Shown piece after piece: positions 27,459 to 36,663 of a DNA stretch of 64,000 nt. Source of the stretch: a virus (taxonomy: Duplodnaviria; Caudoviricetes). The stretch spans positions 1-64,000 of IMG/VR virus record IMGVR_UViG_3300011832_000001; one strand, given 5' to 3'. Below the pieces are notes generated by a model. That model ran no database searches and was not told the DNA's origin. It saw only the letters and a list, made by a program, of their open reading frames with translations. The position numbers and the translations under genes were made by a program. Within the stretch, counting starts at the first letter, position 1. Every line of letters begins with the position of its first letter.

Positions 27459-27875
27459 ATGAATATTTTCATCATCTACGAATCTATGAGTGGTAACACG
27501 CTATCTTTTGTACAGCGTGTTACCGAACTCGTAGGAAACACTAACATTACAATCACGACACCTGCTGATAATGAGGTTCATGATTTGAGTAAATATGACA
27601 AGATTCTGATTGGAGTTCCAACATATAAGAATGGTCGGATGCTACCGAAAACAAAAGAATGGATTATTGAAAATCGTGATGAATTAATGGAGAAAGATGT
27701 GTTGGCATTTGGCTCAGGAATAACAATCTATCCTCACTTTTGCAGAGCTGTCGATAGTGTTGACGTTATTTTAGAAGGTACTGTTAAAGGTAAGATTAAG
27801 TTTGAAATGACTTATGATAAATTTGAAGAATTGGAAAATGAAGAAGTCCTTTGGGATTTCTTAGAATTAATTTAA
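27459..27875 (+). CDS. nrdI: Flavodoxin (NrdI-like role)
   Basis: YESMSGNT FMN loop, GVPTY, FGSG and FCRAVD motifs; follows RNR beta. Confidence 0.8.
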   Translation: MNIFIIYESMSGNTLSFVQRVTELVGNTNITITTPADNEVHDLSKYDKILIGVPTYKNGRMLPKTKEWIIENRDELMEKDVLAFGSGITIYPHFCRAVDSVDVILEGTVKGKIKFEMTYDKFEELENEEVLWDFLELI

Positions 27876-27887
27876 GGAGAGATTTAG

Positions 27888-28142
27888 TTGGTTAAAATTT
27901 TAACGCAAGACAATTGTAAAAACTGTGAGCTATTGAAGATGTTTTTGAAGAATGGATTAGGTGGAAGCTTAGACCATAAGGTTGAGTTTATTCATAAGGC
28001 TGAGAAGCCTGAGGAGTATGCAGAGCTTGTTGAAAAACATTCTGTAATGTCTACACCATTCTTAGTTTCCGATAGCGGAGAAACGCTTCCATTGGCTGTA
28101 TTTGACCCTATGAAAGCAGAGAAATTCATTTCTGACAATTAA
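27888..28142 (+). CDS. Thioredoxin/NrdH-like redoxin
   Basis: CKNC active site and VMSTP cis-Pro motif. Confidence 0.8.
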   Translation: MVKILTQDNCKNCELLKMFLKNGLGGSLDHKVEFIHKAEKPEEYAELVEKHSVMSTPFLVSDSGETLPLAVFDPMKAEKFISDN

Positions 28143-28146
28143 TTTT

Positions 28147-28185
28147 AAAAAGGCGCTTGACTTAAAGCGTCTTTTTTGATATACT
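28147..28185 (+). promoter_or_regulatory. Terminator hairpin containing the -35 of a sigma-A promoter
   Basis: AAAAAGGCGCTT/AAGCGTCTTTTT stem; TTGACT (28157)-17 bp-TATACT (28180). Confidence 0.8.
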
Positions 28186-28211
28186 TATAATATAAGAGAG
28201 GGGATGATTAA

Positions 28212-28430
28212 ATGAAAATCAAAAAAGTTTCAGATTATCAAGTAGTTTCATTTGTCTATAAGAACCAAGAGCTAAGGGATGCCCATGTTGATATGATGGA
28301 AAAAGAAGGATGGGTATCAACAGGTCAAATCAAAAGATTAAAAGAAGGGATAGACCCATTAGCAGTAGCTGAATTAAAAGATGAGCATTATGAGCCATTC
28401 GCTAAATTCATTAAGGGAGAATTAGAATGA
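28212..28430 (+). CDS. Hypothetical protein
   Basis: GAGGGG RBS. Confidence 0.75.
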   Translation: MKIKKVSDYQVVSFVYKNQELRDAHVDMMEKEGWVSTGQIKRLKEGIDPLAVAELKDEHYEPFAKFIKGELE

Positions 28431-28606
28431 AAAATAAAAAATATATCAACGAAAAAGTAAACCATGCTGTATTTACAGGTTGTTGCGTAGTTTTAATTGA
28501 TAGCGCTGATGATGTCCTCAAAGAATTAGAGAAGACAGGTGACTTGTACGAAAAGGGAAATGAATTTGATGGTCTCGTGATTATTGAGAAAGTTCCAAAA
28601 CACTAA
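28427..28606 (+). CDS. Hypothetical 59-aa protein (not in ORF track)
   Basis: AAGGGAG RBS; ATGA overlap; fills the gap between genes. Confidence 0.65.
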   Translation: MKNKKYINEKVNHAVFTGCCVVLIDSADDVLKELEKTGDLYEKGNEFDGLVIIEKVPKH

Positions 28607-28622
28607 GAGAGGATTTGATTTA

Positions 28623-28805
28623 ATGTTGCCATTGGAAGCAATTCCTTGCCCTCATTGTGGTAAGGTTCAAGAAGAAGATATTTATGATTTGACTAATGCA
28701 GAGGACTCAAAAGGTTCATTTATGCATACTTGTGACCGATGTGAAAAAGAATTCCAAGTTTCTTTTGAATTCTTGCCACGAGTGACAACAAGAGAAATTC
28801 GTTAA
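28623..28805 (+). CDS. Small zinc-ribbon protein
   Basis: CPHCG...CDRC; AGAGGA RBS before ATG 28623. Confidence 0.75.
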   Translation: MLPLEAIPCPHCGKVQEEDIYDLTNAEDSKGSFMHTCDRCEKEFQVSFEFLPRVTTREIR

Positions 28806-28810
28806 AAAAC

Positions 28811-28853
28811 TTAGAGGAAAGTGCTTGACACCTTCCTCTAATTATGATATACT
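28811..28853 (+). promoter_or_regulatory. Hairpin containing the -35 of a sigma-A promoter
   Basis: TTAGAGGAA..GTG/CAC..TTCCTCTAA stem; TTGACA (28825)-17 bp-TATACT (28848). Confidence 0.8.
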
Positions 28854-28875
28854 TTAAGTACAAACAACAAAGGAG

Positions 28876-29199
28876 ATGTTAACCATGTTAAAACTATTCA
28901 CAAGTAAAATTATCATTAAAAACCACGCAGTACAACGATACGAGGAGCGTAGCTTCTCACAGAACTACAAAAATCGCTCAACACGCAGTTGCATTTTAAA
29001 TGACCTAAAACCAATGAATGTAATGCGAATTGAAAAATGCACCGATGAAGACAATAAATATATTGTACATTGTCGAGGTAAGCGTGAGTTTGTTGTTCTT
29101 CAAGAGGGTGACAAAGTGATTGTGAAAACTATGATTCAAAAACTCCGTAGAAACAGCAAGACTTCACAACTTAGAGAATTGAGAGGTATGAAATCATGA
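28876..29199 (+). CDS. Basic protein with HAxxRxxER motif (possible BECR/RelE-like fold)
   Basis: HAVQRYEER near the N-terminus and IVKT near the C-terminus. Confidence 0.6.
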   Translation: MLTMLKLFTSKIIIKNHAVQRYEERSFSQNYKNRSTRSCILNDLKPMNVMRIEKCTDEDNKYIVHCRGKREFVVLQEGDKVIVKTMIQKLRRNSKTSQLRELRGMKS

Positions 29200-29357
29200 A
29201 CCGTAAATTGACCGCTAAAGAGAAGATTCTAGGAATTAAGATTATCTTCTATGTTGTAATGTCATTCTTTCCAAATAAAAGAGTTAGACGTTCTTCTGCA
29301 AGCAAGGTCATTGATTTAATTAACATTCTAGAAAGTGGGGATAACCATGAAGTGTAA
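29196..29357 (+). CDS. Hypothetical 53-aa protein (not in ORF track)
   Basis: GAGG RBS; ATGA overlap. Confidence 0.55.
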   Translation: MNRKLTAKEKILGIKIIFYVVMSFFPNKRVRRSSASKVIDLINILESGDNHEV

Positions 29358-29514
29358 GAATAAAAAATATCACATCGTAGTGATTCCGCATAAGATGGAA
29401 TTTTATGTAGATGACTATGATATTGCTTGTTCTATAGTAGAGGAATTCCCTCACGCACAAGTATTTAAACTAATTGACGGAATCTATACACCACAAGGAG
29501 ATGTTACGTTATGA
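29347..29514 (+). CDS. Hypothetical 55-aa protein (not in ORF track)
   Basis: GGGGA RBS; stop overlaps the DHFR start. Confidence 0.55.
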   Translation: MKCKNKKYHIVVIPHKMEFYVDDYDIACSIVEEFPHAQVFKLIDGIYTPQGDVTL

Positions 29515-30125
29515 TTACAGCTATTTATCGTACTGACTGCAAGGGATATATGGGTAAAGATGGAACTCTAGGTCGTATTCTTAAATCAGACATGAAGATG
29601 TTCTCTGAAATGACGGACAATTCGATTGTCATCATGGGTGGAACTACCTTCTTCTCAGATATGGATGGAGAACCACTTAAAAATCGCTTGAACATTGTCC
29701 TAACAACAAAAAAAGAACCTATCTACATTGACGGTGTAATCTATGCTAAGAGTATTCAAGAAGCAATCTCAATCGCATACGCACATAAAGCTATGACAGG
29801 TCGAGATATTTTCGTTATTGGTGGAGCATCTGTACTAGATGGTTTCTATCAACGAAATCTTATTGACAAAGCAATTGTTACAGTCTATAATAAAAAAGAG
29901 AAAGATTTCAACGTTAAAGTTAATCACAACATCCATGCTGATTCTAACTTCTATGTCGATAAAGTTCACTTCGGTGTCGATGAAGATAACTTTGGAAACA
30001 AATTCGATGTTGAGATTAAGCTTTTCCGTAAGCAAGACCGAACATCTAAATTCTACAGTATCACGGAAAAACACATTGAAAAACAAGAACGCCCTAAATG
30101 GGTTTCAACGAAAGGATTTTGCTGA
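29511..30125 (+). CDS. folA: Dihydrofolate reductase
   Basis: MGKDG.L, DM..F, VIMG..TF, PL.NR.NIVLT and FVIGG motifs. Confidence 0.9.
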   Translation: MITAIYRTDCKGYMGKDGTLGRILKSDMKMFSEMTDNSIVIMGGTTFFSDMDGEPLKNRLNIVLTTKKEPIYIDGVIYAKSIQEAISIAYAHKAMTGRDIFVIGGASVLDGFYQRNLIDKAIVTVYNKKEKDFNVKVNHNIHADSNFYVDKVHFGVDEDNFGNKFDVEIKLFRKQDRTSKFYSITEKHIEKQERPKWVSTKGFC

Positions 30126-32053
30126 TGGCTGTTTATTTAAGTTTTGAAAACCTATTTAATTCTAAGTGGGCAAAAGAAATTGATGGCTCTAAATATGAAA
30201 AGCTTGATTATGTAAAAAGTAACAAGCTTTTCTTTAATGAAAATGGCTATATGCCAACGACTCGTGACTACATCTATAATAAACTTCATAAAAAGGTTGA
30301 GATTAAAGACTTTAAAGAGAAGCCTATGTATAGAGAGAAAGTTGAAGATAGCTATGACATCGAAACATTAGTTCCGATTGAAGGCGAAGAAAATTTCACC
30401 TTTAATGTGGTTGGTATAAAAAATAGATTCAAAATTCAACGTACATTGCACAATTACGCATTCAGAAAAGACTTCCAAACATGGCATCACCTTCTATTGA
30501 CATCTGAAAAAAATGATTCGTTTATCTCAGACTATACTACAAGCAAATCTGTTGTGAATCGAATCAGAGAAAATGAACTTGCAATTGAGGATAAATACAT
30601 TCTAATCGCATATGAAAATGAGCAATTTGTAGATGATAAAGAGCTGACTTTAAAACAGTATATGATTATGCTATTTCATGGTAAGGAAAAGAATATCTAT
30701 AAGAAGATTTTACGTCAGGAAATTGTTATTAAGTCTGATTTCAATAATATTGATATTAAAAAATTCTCATATAGTGCTTCGGGAAAACGTTCAAATGTAA
30801 TCAATAAGGCGAGTAGTCTTATGTTTGAAAGCCTACCTGATGAATTTAATGCAACACTTTCAGGCAACTTACGTCCATTTGTTCAGATTGATGTTAATGA
30901 ATTAATTGAAAATGGAAATAAAGCTTGGATTAAATTTGCGAAATATCTTCTCCGTGAAAAGGCAGATGATAATGGAATCTATTGGGCAAATAACATTTAT
31001 CATGACATTGAGTTTTATTGGTCTAACGAATCAACAATTGAGCAAGTAAGTGCTTCACCTTATTCTAAGCTCTATAGAAGAATTCAGTATCAATTTATGA
31101 AAGAAGAAGGTTCTACGCTTCAACAAAAAATGGGAATCACCAAGAAGATTGAAGAGAAAATTATGAACCTGAGCGTAAACGACTATGATTTTACACTTAG
31201 AGGTCATCGGATTAATCTTTATGAGTATTCCTTAAATATGGCTAAGGGAAATCGTAAAGTTCCTGCATTGGAATTAGTTAAAACTATTGGCTCTATCCGA
31301 AAAACTTTTGGCGATGTTGGTGTTGATGAGCTTTTCAATGAAGAGTTAATTAATAAATATAAAGAATATTCAACTGAGATTAGTAATATTCAAACAACAC
31401 TAGGTGTTAGTGGATATAACTCTACTCATCATACAAAGTTAACTCACTACTTCAACCTATTCAGTTGGTGTAAGGATAAAAATGTCAAACTATCTGACTT
31501 TTTGGATTATGCCATGAATATGATTTGGACGGAAGGATTCTATAATATCAATAACTTAAAAGGAACTTTGGATGACTATTGGAGATTCATTGATGTCATT
31601 GATGGAAACCATAAGCGCTTTCCTAAAAATCTAAAGGCAGAGCATGACAAAGCCAATCTTAAATATATGTTCTTGACAAGAACTCAAGGAAATGATATAT
31701 TTAAAAAGAGAGCACAAGAATATTCTGATAAGTTTTCAGTAAATGGCAAAGAGTGGTCTATTATTGCTCCGAAAGAAGCTTCTGATTTAATTGCAGAGGG
31801 TCAATCACTAGGTCATTGTGTAGGCTCTTATATCTCTCGTGTTATCGATGGAGGAGCAATAATTATGTTCCTTCGAAATACAGATGATATTGAGACTCCT
31901 CTATACACAATTGAAATCAGAAACACAGATGGAATCTATAAAATCCATCAAATTAAAGGAAGAAATAATAGACAAATTCCACAAGAATCAGAAGAGTTTA
32001 TCTTTGTTCAGAAATGGGTAAATAAAAATAACATGGAGGTGGTCAATTTATGA
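30125..32053 (+). CDS. PcfJ-like domain protein
   Basis: DY...P.NL..EHD, then EG..LGHCVGSY, I.FLR...PLYTIE and QIKG..N; TGATG coupling and GAAAGGA RBS give start 30125. Confidence 0.8.
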   Translation: MAVYLSFENLFNSKWAKEIDGSKYEKLDYVKSNKLFFNENGYMPTTRDYIYNKLHKKVEIKDFKEKPMYREKVEDSYDIETLVPIEGEENFTFNVVGIKNRFKIQRTLHNYAFRKDFQTWHHLLLTSEKNDSFISDYTTSKSVVNRIRENELAIEDKYILIAYENEQFVDDKELTLKQYMIMLFHGKEKNIYKKILRQEIVIKSDFNNIDIKKFSYSASGKRSNVINKASSLMFESLPDEFNATLSGNLRPFVQIDVNELIENGNKAWIKFAKYLLREKADDNGIYWANNIYHDIEFYWSNESTIEQVSASPYSKLYRRIQYQFMKEEGSTLQQKMGITKKIEEKIMNLSVNDYDFTLRGHRINLYEYSLNMAKGNRKVPALELVKTIGSIRKTFGDVGVDELFNEELINKYKEYSTEISNIQTTLGVSGYNSTHHTKLTHYFNLFSWCKDKNVKLSDFLDYAMNMIWTEGFYNINNLKGTLDDYWRFIDVIDGNHKRFPKNLKAEHDKANLKYMFLTRTQGNDIFKKRAQEYSDKFSVNGKEWSIIAPKEASDLIAEGQSLGHCVGSYISRVIDGGAIIMFLRNTDDIETPLYTIEIRNTDGIYKIHQIKGRNNRQIPQESEEFIFVQKWVNKNNMEVVNL

Positions 32054-32508
32054 TTGTTGTAGTTCCTCAGCGTGTTGTTCTTATCTATCGAAAATCACAC
32101 GTTGGTTACTTTCAACGGGATAAGGGAAGGAATAAGTATAAGCCTTCTCTTATTTCTATATCTTATAAAAATGCATCTGAGATTGTCAAAGAGGGTCGGG
32201 GTATTTGGGTTAATCAAAATACAATTTATCTGAAATACACTAAAAAAGAAATACGTCTATCTGTTTATTATCGAGATAATGGAATATGTCAATACTGTAA
32301 CCGAGAATTACAAATTGATGATTTCACAGTTGAACACATCAAAGCTAGAAATTATGGTGGAGATTATAATCTTAGAAATCTAGTGTGTTCTTGCTTTAAC
32401 TGCAACAACTCTCGACAGCACAAAGGTATTCCTAAAGAAACTTTCAGAAAACTCAAAAGACAAGCAAGGAAGCATTTTAATATAGATAAAATGATAGAAA
32501 ACTATTGA
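32050..32508 (+). CDS. HNH endonuclease
   Basis: RD...CQYC, TVEH...GG....NLV.SC..CN motifs. Confidence 0.85.
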   Translation: MIVVVPQRVVLIYRKSHVGYFQRDKGRNKYKPSLISISYKNASEIVKEGRGIWVNQNTIYLKYTKKEIRLSVYYRDNGICQYCNRELQIDDFTVEHIKARNYGGDYNLRNLVCSCFNCNNSRQHKGIPKETFRKLKRQARKHFNIDKMIENY

Positions 32509-32533
32509 CATTATACCTGATAAATGGTATAAT
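32505..32533 (+). promoter_or_regulatory. Sigma-A consensus promoter
   Basis: TTGACA-17 bp-TATAAT with extended TG. Confidence 0.85.
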
Positions 32534-32562
32534 TAAATTACATCAAAGCAAAGGAGAAAATT

Positions 32563-33195
32563 ATGAAACAAAAACGATACTACAAAAAAGGTGAAGTGGT
32601 ATTCCTTCATGAATTAAAAACCACAGGAAAGGTATTAGAGGTATTACCTCAAGAGCTTTCTGTAATTGTTTCCATTAAACATCGAGAAGGTGGAGCTAAG
32701 GAAGTTAAAAAAGTCCTTCTAGAAAATATTGATAAGTATCGTCCTGCAAAGTTTGCAGTAAACGTAAAATATTTCGAAGGTCAAGATAAAGAATTAAAAA
32801 TTGAAAAACAAGGCGATTGGATTGACGTTTACACAAATGAAGACGTTGAATTAAAAGCTTTGGAACACACACTAATTAATCTAGGATTCGCCTTAGAGAT
32901 TCCAAAAGGTCACGAAGCATTCCTAGCACCACGCTCCTCAACTTTTCCTGAGCATGGTGTAATTGTAGCCAACAGCTTTGGAATTATTGACAATACTTAT
33001 TGCGGAGATGACGATGAGTGGAAACTTTCAGTTGTTGCATTGCGTGATACCTTTATTCCAAAAGGAACTAAGATTGCACAATTCCGATTTATTAAATCAA
33101 TGACAGAACATGATGGAACACCTTCAATTAAATTCCGCAAAGTCGAAACACTAGAGAATGATTCTCGTGGCGGATTTGGAACAACAGGACAATAA
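32563..33195 (+). CDS. dut: Trimeric dUTPase with an N-terminal extra domain of about 60 aa
   Basis: GDWID, PRSS, GIIDNTYCG, IAQ and RGGFGTTG motifs. Confidence 0.9.
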   Translation: MKQKRYYKKGEVVFLHELKTTGKVLEVLPQELSVIVSIKHREGGAKEVKKVLLENIDKYRPAKFAVNVKYFEGQDKELKIEKQGDWIDVYTNEDVELKALEHTLINLGFALEIPKGHEAFLAPRSSTFPEHGVIVANSFGIIDNTYCGDDDEWKLSVVALRDTFIPKGTKIAQFRFIKSMTEHDGTPSIKFRKVETLENDSRGGFGTTGQ

Positions 33196-33209
33196 AGGAG
33201 ACTATTAAT

Positions 33210-34013
33210 ATGAGTAAATTTGATGAATTGACACTAAACACAGTACGAGATATTGTATTTATCGAGGAAGTATCAAACGAAAGCGCAAAAGAGTTAGTTC
33301 GACAAATTTCAATCATTAACCACGTTGACGATGAAATGGAACGAATTACGGAGGGTCTAGTTAATCCATATGTGCGAGACAACTATCCCATTGTTATTCG
33401 TCTGATGACGGGTGGAGGAAGTGTTCATGCAGGTTTTGCAATCGCCAATGCAATCAAAACTTCAACGACACCTATCCTTGTAATTGCAAGCGGAGTCGTA
33501 GCATCTATGGGTTTATATATTATGGCATCTGCTCACGCACGAGTTGCTGATGATAGTGTAGAGTTTATGTATCACCAAGTATCGTCAGGGAATCATGGTA
33601 AACGTGATGACCATCGCCAACACCTAAATATGCTTGACCGACTTCAAGATAAGTATGACTCATTCTTGGTGAGTCGTTCAAATGGTAAATTGACAAAAGA
33701 ATTCCTTCAAGAGAAGCGAGATTCTTATCATGACTTTTGGTTTACAGCACAGGAAGCTAAAGAGATGGGTCTTATTGATGCAATCTTAACTGATGAGGAA
33801 CTATACAACCCTCAGATGAGTGATGCAGAAAAAGAACAGGCTATTGAAGATGTGTCCACTCAACTAGAAGGAAACCTTGCTCAACTATATGAATTGACAG
33901 GTCAACGATTTAAGTTAGATGTTCAAATTGATGAAGAGACTAAAGATAAAGCTCCAATTAAAAAACGTGTAGTTAAAAAGAAAGAGGTAAAAGAAGATGA
34001 ACAGCAAAGTTAA
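33210..34013 (+). CDS. clpP: ClpP-like serine protease
   Basis: T.GGSV, VASMG catalytic Ser, MYHQ, D.WFTA.EA..MGLID motifs. Confidence 0.85.
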   Translation: MSKFDELTLNTVRDIVFIEEVSNESAKELVRQISIINHVDDEMERITEGLVNPYVRDNYPIVIRLMTGGGSVHAGFAIANAIKTSTTPILVIASGVVASMGLYIMASAHARVADDSVEFMYHQVSSGNHGKRDDHRQHLNMLDRLQDKYDSFLVSRSNGKLTKEFLQEKRDSYHDFWFTAQEAKEMGLIDAILTDEELYNPQMSDAEKEQAIEDVSTQLEGNLAQLYELTGQRFKLDVQIDEETKDKAPIKKRVVKKKEVKEDEQQS

Positions 34014-34560
34014 ATACTTTGTTGTTCCCATTCTCTTAATAGTTATTGCATTTCTATTAATTGATAGAGGGGATGACAAGGTTGAAGTAACTCAAGAAGA
34101 AGTTATGGAGTCAATGGACTTGCCTAATTATGATAATCCACAGGAGCAACCTGACAGTAAGAGTGAAGCACCTTCAACACAAGATGATAACTACTACTAT
34201 AATTTAAATCAGATTTTCTTATTGATTGCAGATGGAATCAATAAAGTGAGTCATGGTATTGAATATTATGATTCAGCAAGCCTTCAAGAAGGTGTAGATA
34301 CACTTCTATTTACCTCAAATGAAATTTATTCCATGAGTCCACCTGCTGATGCTAAAGAAGTACATGAAAAAGCAATTGCATTAGCCAAAGTCAATGAACG
34401 AATTGCATATGGTGTTCAATCGGATATTGACAAGGGTGAGATGGATTATCTCAATAGTCCACAATTCATTGAGGATTTAGAGGAAGCGATTAAAATCAAT
34501 GATGAAATCACATCAATGTCAGGAGAACAAACCACAGAACAAGGAGTGTTTAGTTTATGA
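33997..34560 (+). CDS. Membrane-anchored extracellular helical protein
   Basis: N-terminal TM, low-complexity linker, helical acidic domain. Confidence 0.75.
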   Translation: MNSKVKYFVVPILLIVIAFLLIDRGDDKVEVTQEEVMESMDLPNYDNPQEQPDSKSEAPSTQDDNYYYNLNQIFLLIADGINKVSHGIEYYDSASLQEGVDTLLFTSNEIYSMSPPADAKEVHEKAIALAKVNERIAYGVQSDIDKGEMDYLNSPQFIEDLEEAIKINDEITSMSGEQTTEQGVFSL

Positions 34561-34682
34561 AGCTATTTTTAAAGAATCCAATCATCTTCATTGCTGTTTG
34601 GTATCGACTGAAAGTAATGGAAGGAAATGAATATATTTCAAGCTTCAAAAAGAAAGGAAAGAAATTATTTGCAAGAAAATAA
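34557..34682 (+). CDS. Hypothetical 41-aa peptide (not in ORF track)
   Basis: AAGGAG RBS; ATGA overlap; ends inside the thyA start region. Confidence 0.45.
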   Translation: MKLFLKNPIIFIAVWYRLKVMEGNEYISSFKKKGKKLFARK

Positions 34683-35574
34683 TATAACTAAAGCGAATCA
34701 TAATCATATTAAAACAATTGATAACATTAGTAATTATGGCGTTTGGGATAAAGATGATAGTTTTAAACCTAGAGGTCGATATGCAGACGGAGAAATTGCT
34801 TATTCAAAACAGATTTTTCACACTCATGAAACATATTCTATTTTGCATGGTGAATTTCCAATTACAAATATTCGCTCAGTAGCACCTAAATCATCTATTG
34901 GTGAAATTCTTTGGATTTATCAAGACCAATCAAATTCTTTAGAACTATTAGAAGAAAAATATGGAGTCTCTTGGTGGAAGTCGTGGGATATTGGAGACGG
35001 AACAATTGGCTCGACATATGGGGAAATCATCAGAAAGTATGACATGATGAACCGACTATTAAAAGGAATGGAAACAGACCCGTATAGTAAAAGACACATT
35101 ATGAATATGTGGCAAGAAGATTCTCTTAGACAAAAAATTGGATTACCACCATGTGCATTTATGACAGAGTGGAATATCATTCCTATGACAACAGAAGAAG
35201 GCGAGAATGTAAGATATGTGACAATGAAACTTACTCAGAGAAGCTCTGATTATCTCACAGCTAACTCTATCAATAAGTTGCAATACTATGCTTTGATGTT
35301 AATGGTTTGTGGTCATCTAACTCATGAAACAGGAGTCAAACATTTCCCATATCTTTTCACGCACTCTGTAACTAATGTTCATATCTATGATAGACATTTT
35401 GATAAGATTATGGATATTAATAAAGACATTCGTGAAAATAAACACTTGCTTTCTGTACAGCCATTTCTTTCAGTTAATGGAAACAAGAATTTTTACGACT
35501 ACACTATTGATGACTTCAAACTTCACAACATGGAAATTATTTCAAAAGTAGGTAACTTTGAAATTGCTATTTAA
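34669..35574 (+). CDS. thyA: Thymidylate synthase (dUMP-type)
   Basis: EILW, LPPC, QRSSD with Asn 8 residues later, HIY..H; GAAAGGA RBS before TTG 34669 (track start 34627). Confidence 0.92.
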   Translation: MQENNITKANHNHIKTIDNISNYGVWDKDDSFKPRGRYADGEIAYSKQIFHTHETYSILHGEFPITNIRSVAPKSSIGEILWIYQDQSNSLELLEEKYGVSWWKSWDIGDGTIGSTYGEIIRKYDMMNRLLKGMETDPYSKRHIMNMWQEDSLRQKIGLPPCAFMTEWNIIPMTTEEGENVRYVTMKLTQRSSDYLTANSINKLQYYALMLMVCGHLTHETGVKHFPYLFTHSVTNVHIYDRHFDKIMDINKDIRENKHLLSVQPFLSVNGNKNFYDYTIDDFKLHNMEIISKVGNFEIAI

Positions 35575-35606
35575 ACCTTGACTTTTCAAGGTTTTTTTGG
35601 TATAAT
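35573..35606 (+). promoter_or_regulatory. Terminator hairpin containing the -35 of a sigma-A promoter
   Basis: AAACCTTGA-CTTT-TCAAGGTTT plus T tract; TTGACT (35578)-17 bp-TATAAT (35601). Confidence 0.85.
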
Positions 35607-35632
35607 TATAGTATGGTGAAAGGAGATATTTT

Positions 35633-36244
35633 ATGAAAAAAATTAAATTTATTGGTGGGTCTATGAATGCAAGTAAGTCTGCAACATTAATTATGCGAAA
35701 CTATGCATACTTAAAACAAGGTTTGAAAACAGCTATTATTAAACCCAACTTAGATACTAGAGATAATGATATGGTCATGAGTCGTGCTTTTGAGAAAGGT
35801 GAGAAAGCATTCGTTGTGTCTAATGCAGATGAATTGATTCAACTTTTTGACCGACTTGAACGTGAATCTTCTTATCCCGATGTCGTTTTAGTTGATGAAG
35901 TTCAATTTATGGATGTCGAATCAATTAAAGTTTTGGAATCTTTGTGTTACTATCAAGGAACAACTGTAGAAGTTTATGGGCTAGTCTCAGATTATCTAGG
36001 AGAAGTTTTCCCATCATCTCAGCGACTATTGACTTGTGCGGATATTCACATTTTAAATGGTCTTTGCGATTGTGGAAATGAAGCGTATTACAATATGCGC
36101 CTAGTAAATGGAGTTCCTTTCTTTGGTGAAGCTCCTCAGATTGCAGTAGGAGATGTTTCGTCTAATGATACTGTATCATACGAGCCTAAATGTGGACGTT
36201 GTTATTTAGATGCTGAAAGAAAGTATGGAGGTCATGATGAATAA
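35633..36244 (+). CDS. tdk: Thymidine kinase
   Basis: GSMNASKS, KP..DTR, VDEVQF, YGL..DY...F, C.CG..A and Y.P.C..C motifs. Confidence 0.92.
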   Translation: MKKIKFIGGSMNASKSATLIMRNYAYLKQGLKTAIIKPNLDTRDNDMVMSRAFEKGEKAFVVSNADELIQLFDRLERESSYPDVVLVDEVQFMDVESIKVLESLCYYQGTTVEVYGLVSDYLGEVFPSSQRLLTCADIHILNGLCDCGNEAYYNMRLVNGVPFFGEAPQIAVGDVSSNDTVSYEPKCGRCYLDAERKYGGHDE

Positions 36245-36371
36245 GAAACGAAAAACGATGGGTAAAATGACAAGGAAGCGTGTTCTTTGGAATATGAATC
36301 CTGTAACACGAGTAACAAAAAACAAAAAGAAATACACAAGAAAAGATAAGCATAAGAAAGGATTTGAATAA
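36237..36371 (+). CDS. ArfA/BrfA-like small basic protein (not in ORF track)
   Basis: GGAGG RBS; MNKKRKTMGKMTRKRVLWNMNPVTRVTKNKKKYTRKDKHKKGFE*. Confidence 0.7.
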   Translation: MNKKRKTMGKMTRKRVLWNMNPVTRVTKNKKKYTRKDKHKKGFE

Positions 36372-36372
36372 T

Positions 36373-36663
36373 TTGAAATTCTTTTTTAGAGATGATATTG
36401 TTTTATATCGTGGTGAATCCTATAGAGTTGAGGTTTTTAATCTCTTCTCTAGATTCGCTGATATAACAAAAGATGAGCGTTCTTATCATACAATTCATGA
36501 GTCTGAGCTATCCTTGCTTTTCAGAGGAGCTAGATATTATGGCGAAAGAGTTGAGAACTTTTATGATGACTGTCTTGACAGATACAACATTTTAAGTTAT
36601 GATAAAGATAAGGAATCATTAATGGAGATAATGAAAGTTATTAAAATATTGGAGTGTGATTAA
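36373..36663 (+). CDS. Hypothetical protein
   Basis: AAGAAAGGA RBS supports TTG 36373 (track start 36364). Confidence 0.7.
   Translation: MKFFFRDDIVLYRGESYRVEVFNLFSRFADITKDERSYHTIHESELSLLFRGARYYGERVENFYDDCLDRYNILSYDKDKESLMEIMKVIKILECD
36575..36603 (+). promoter_or_regulatory. Sigma-A type promoter for the DNA polymerase, inside the upstream ORF
   Basis: TTGACA-17 bp-TATGAT. Confidence 0.6.

Noticed and set aside
34669-35574. dCMP hydroxymethylase or other base-modifying ThyA homolog
   Set aside because: The dUMP-specifying Asn is retained and the gene sits with DHFR, dUTPase and TK.
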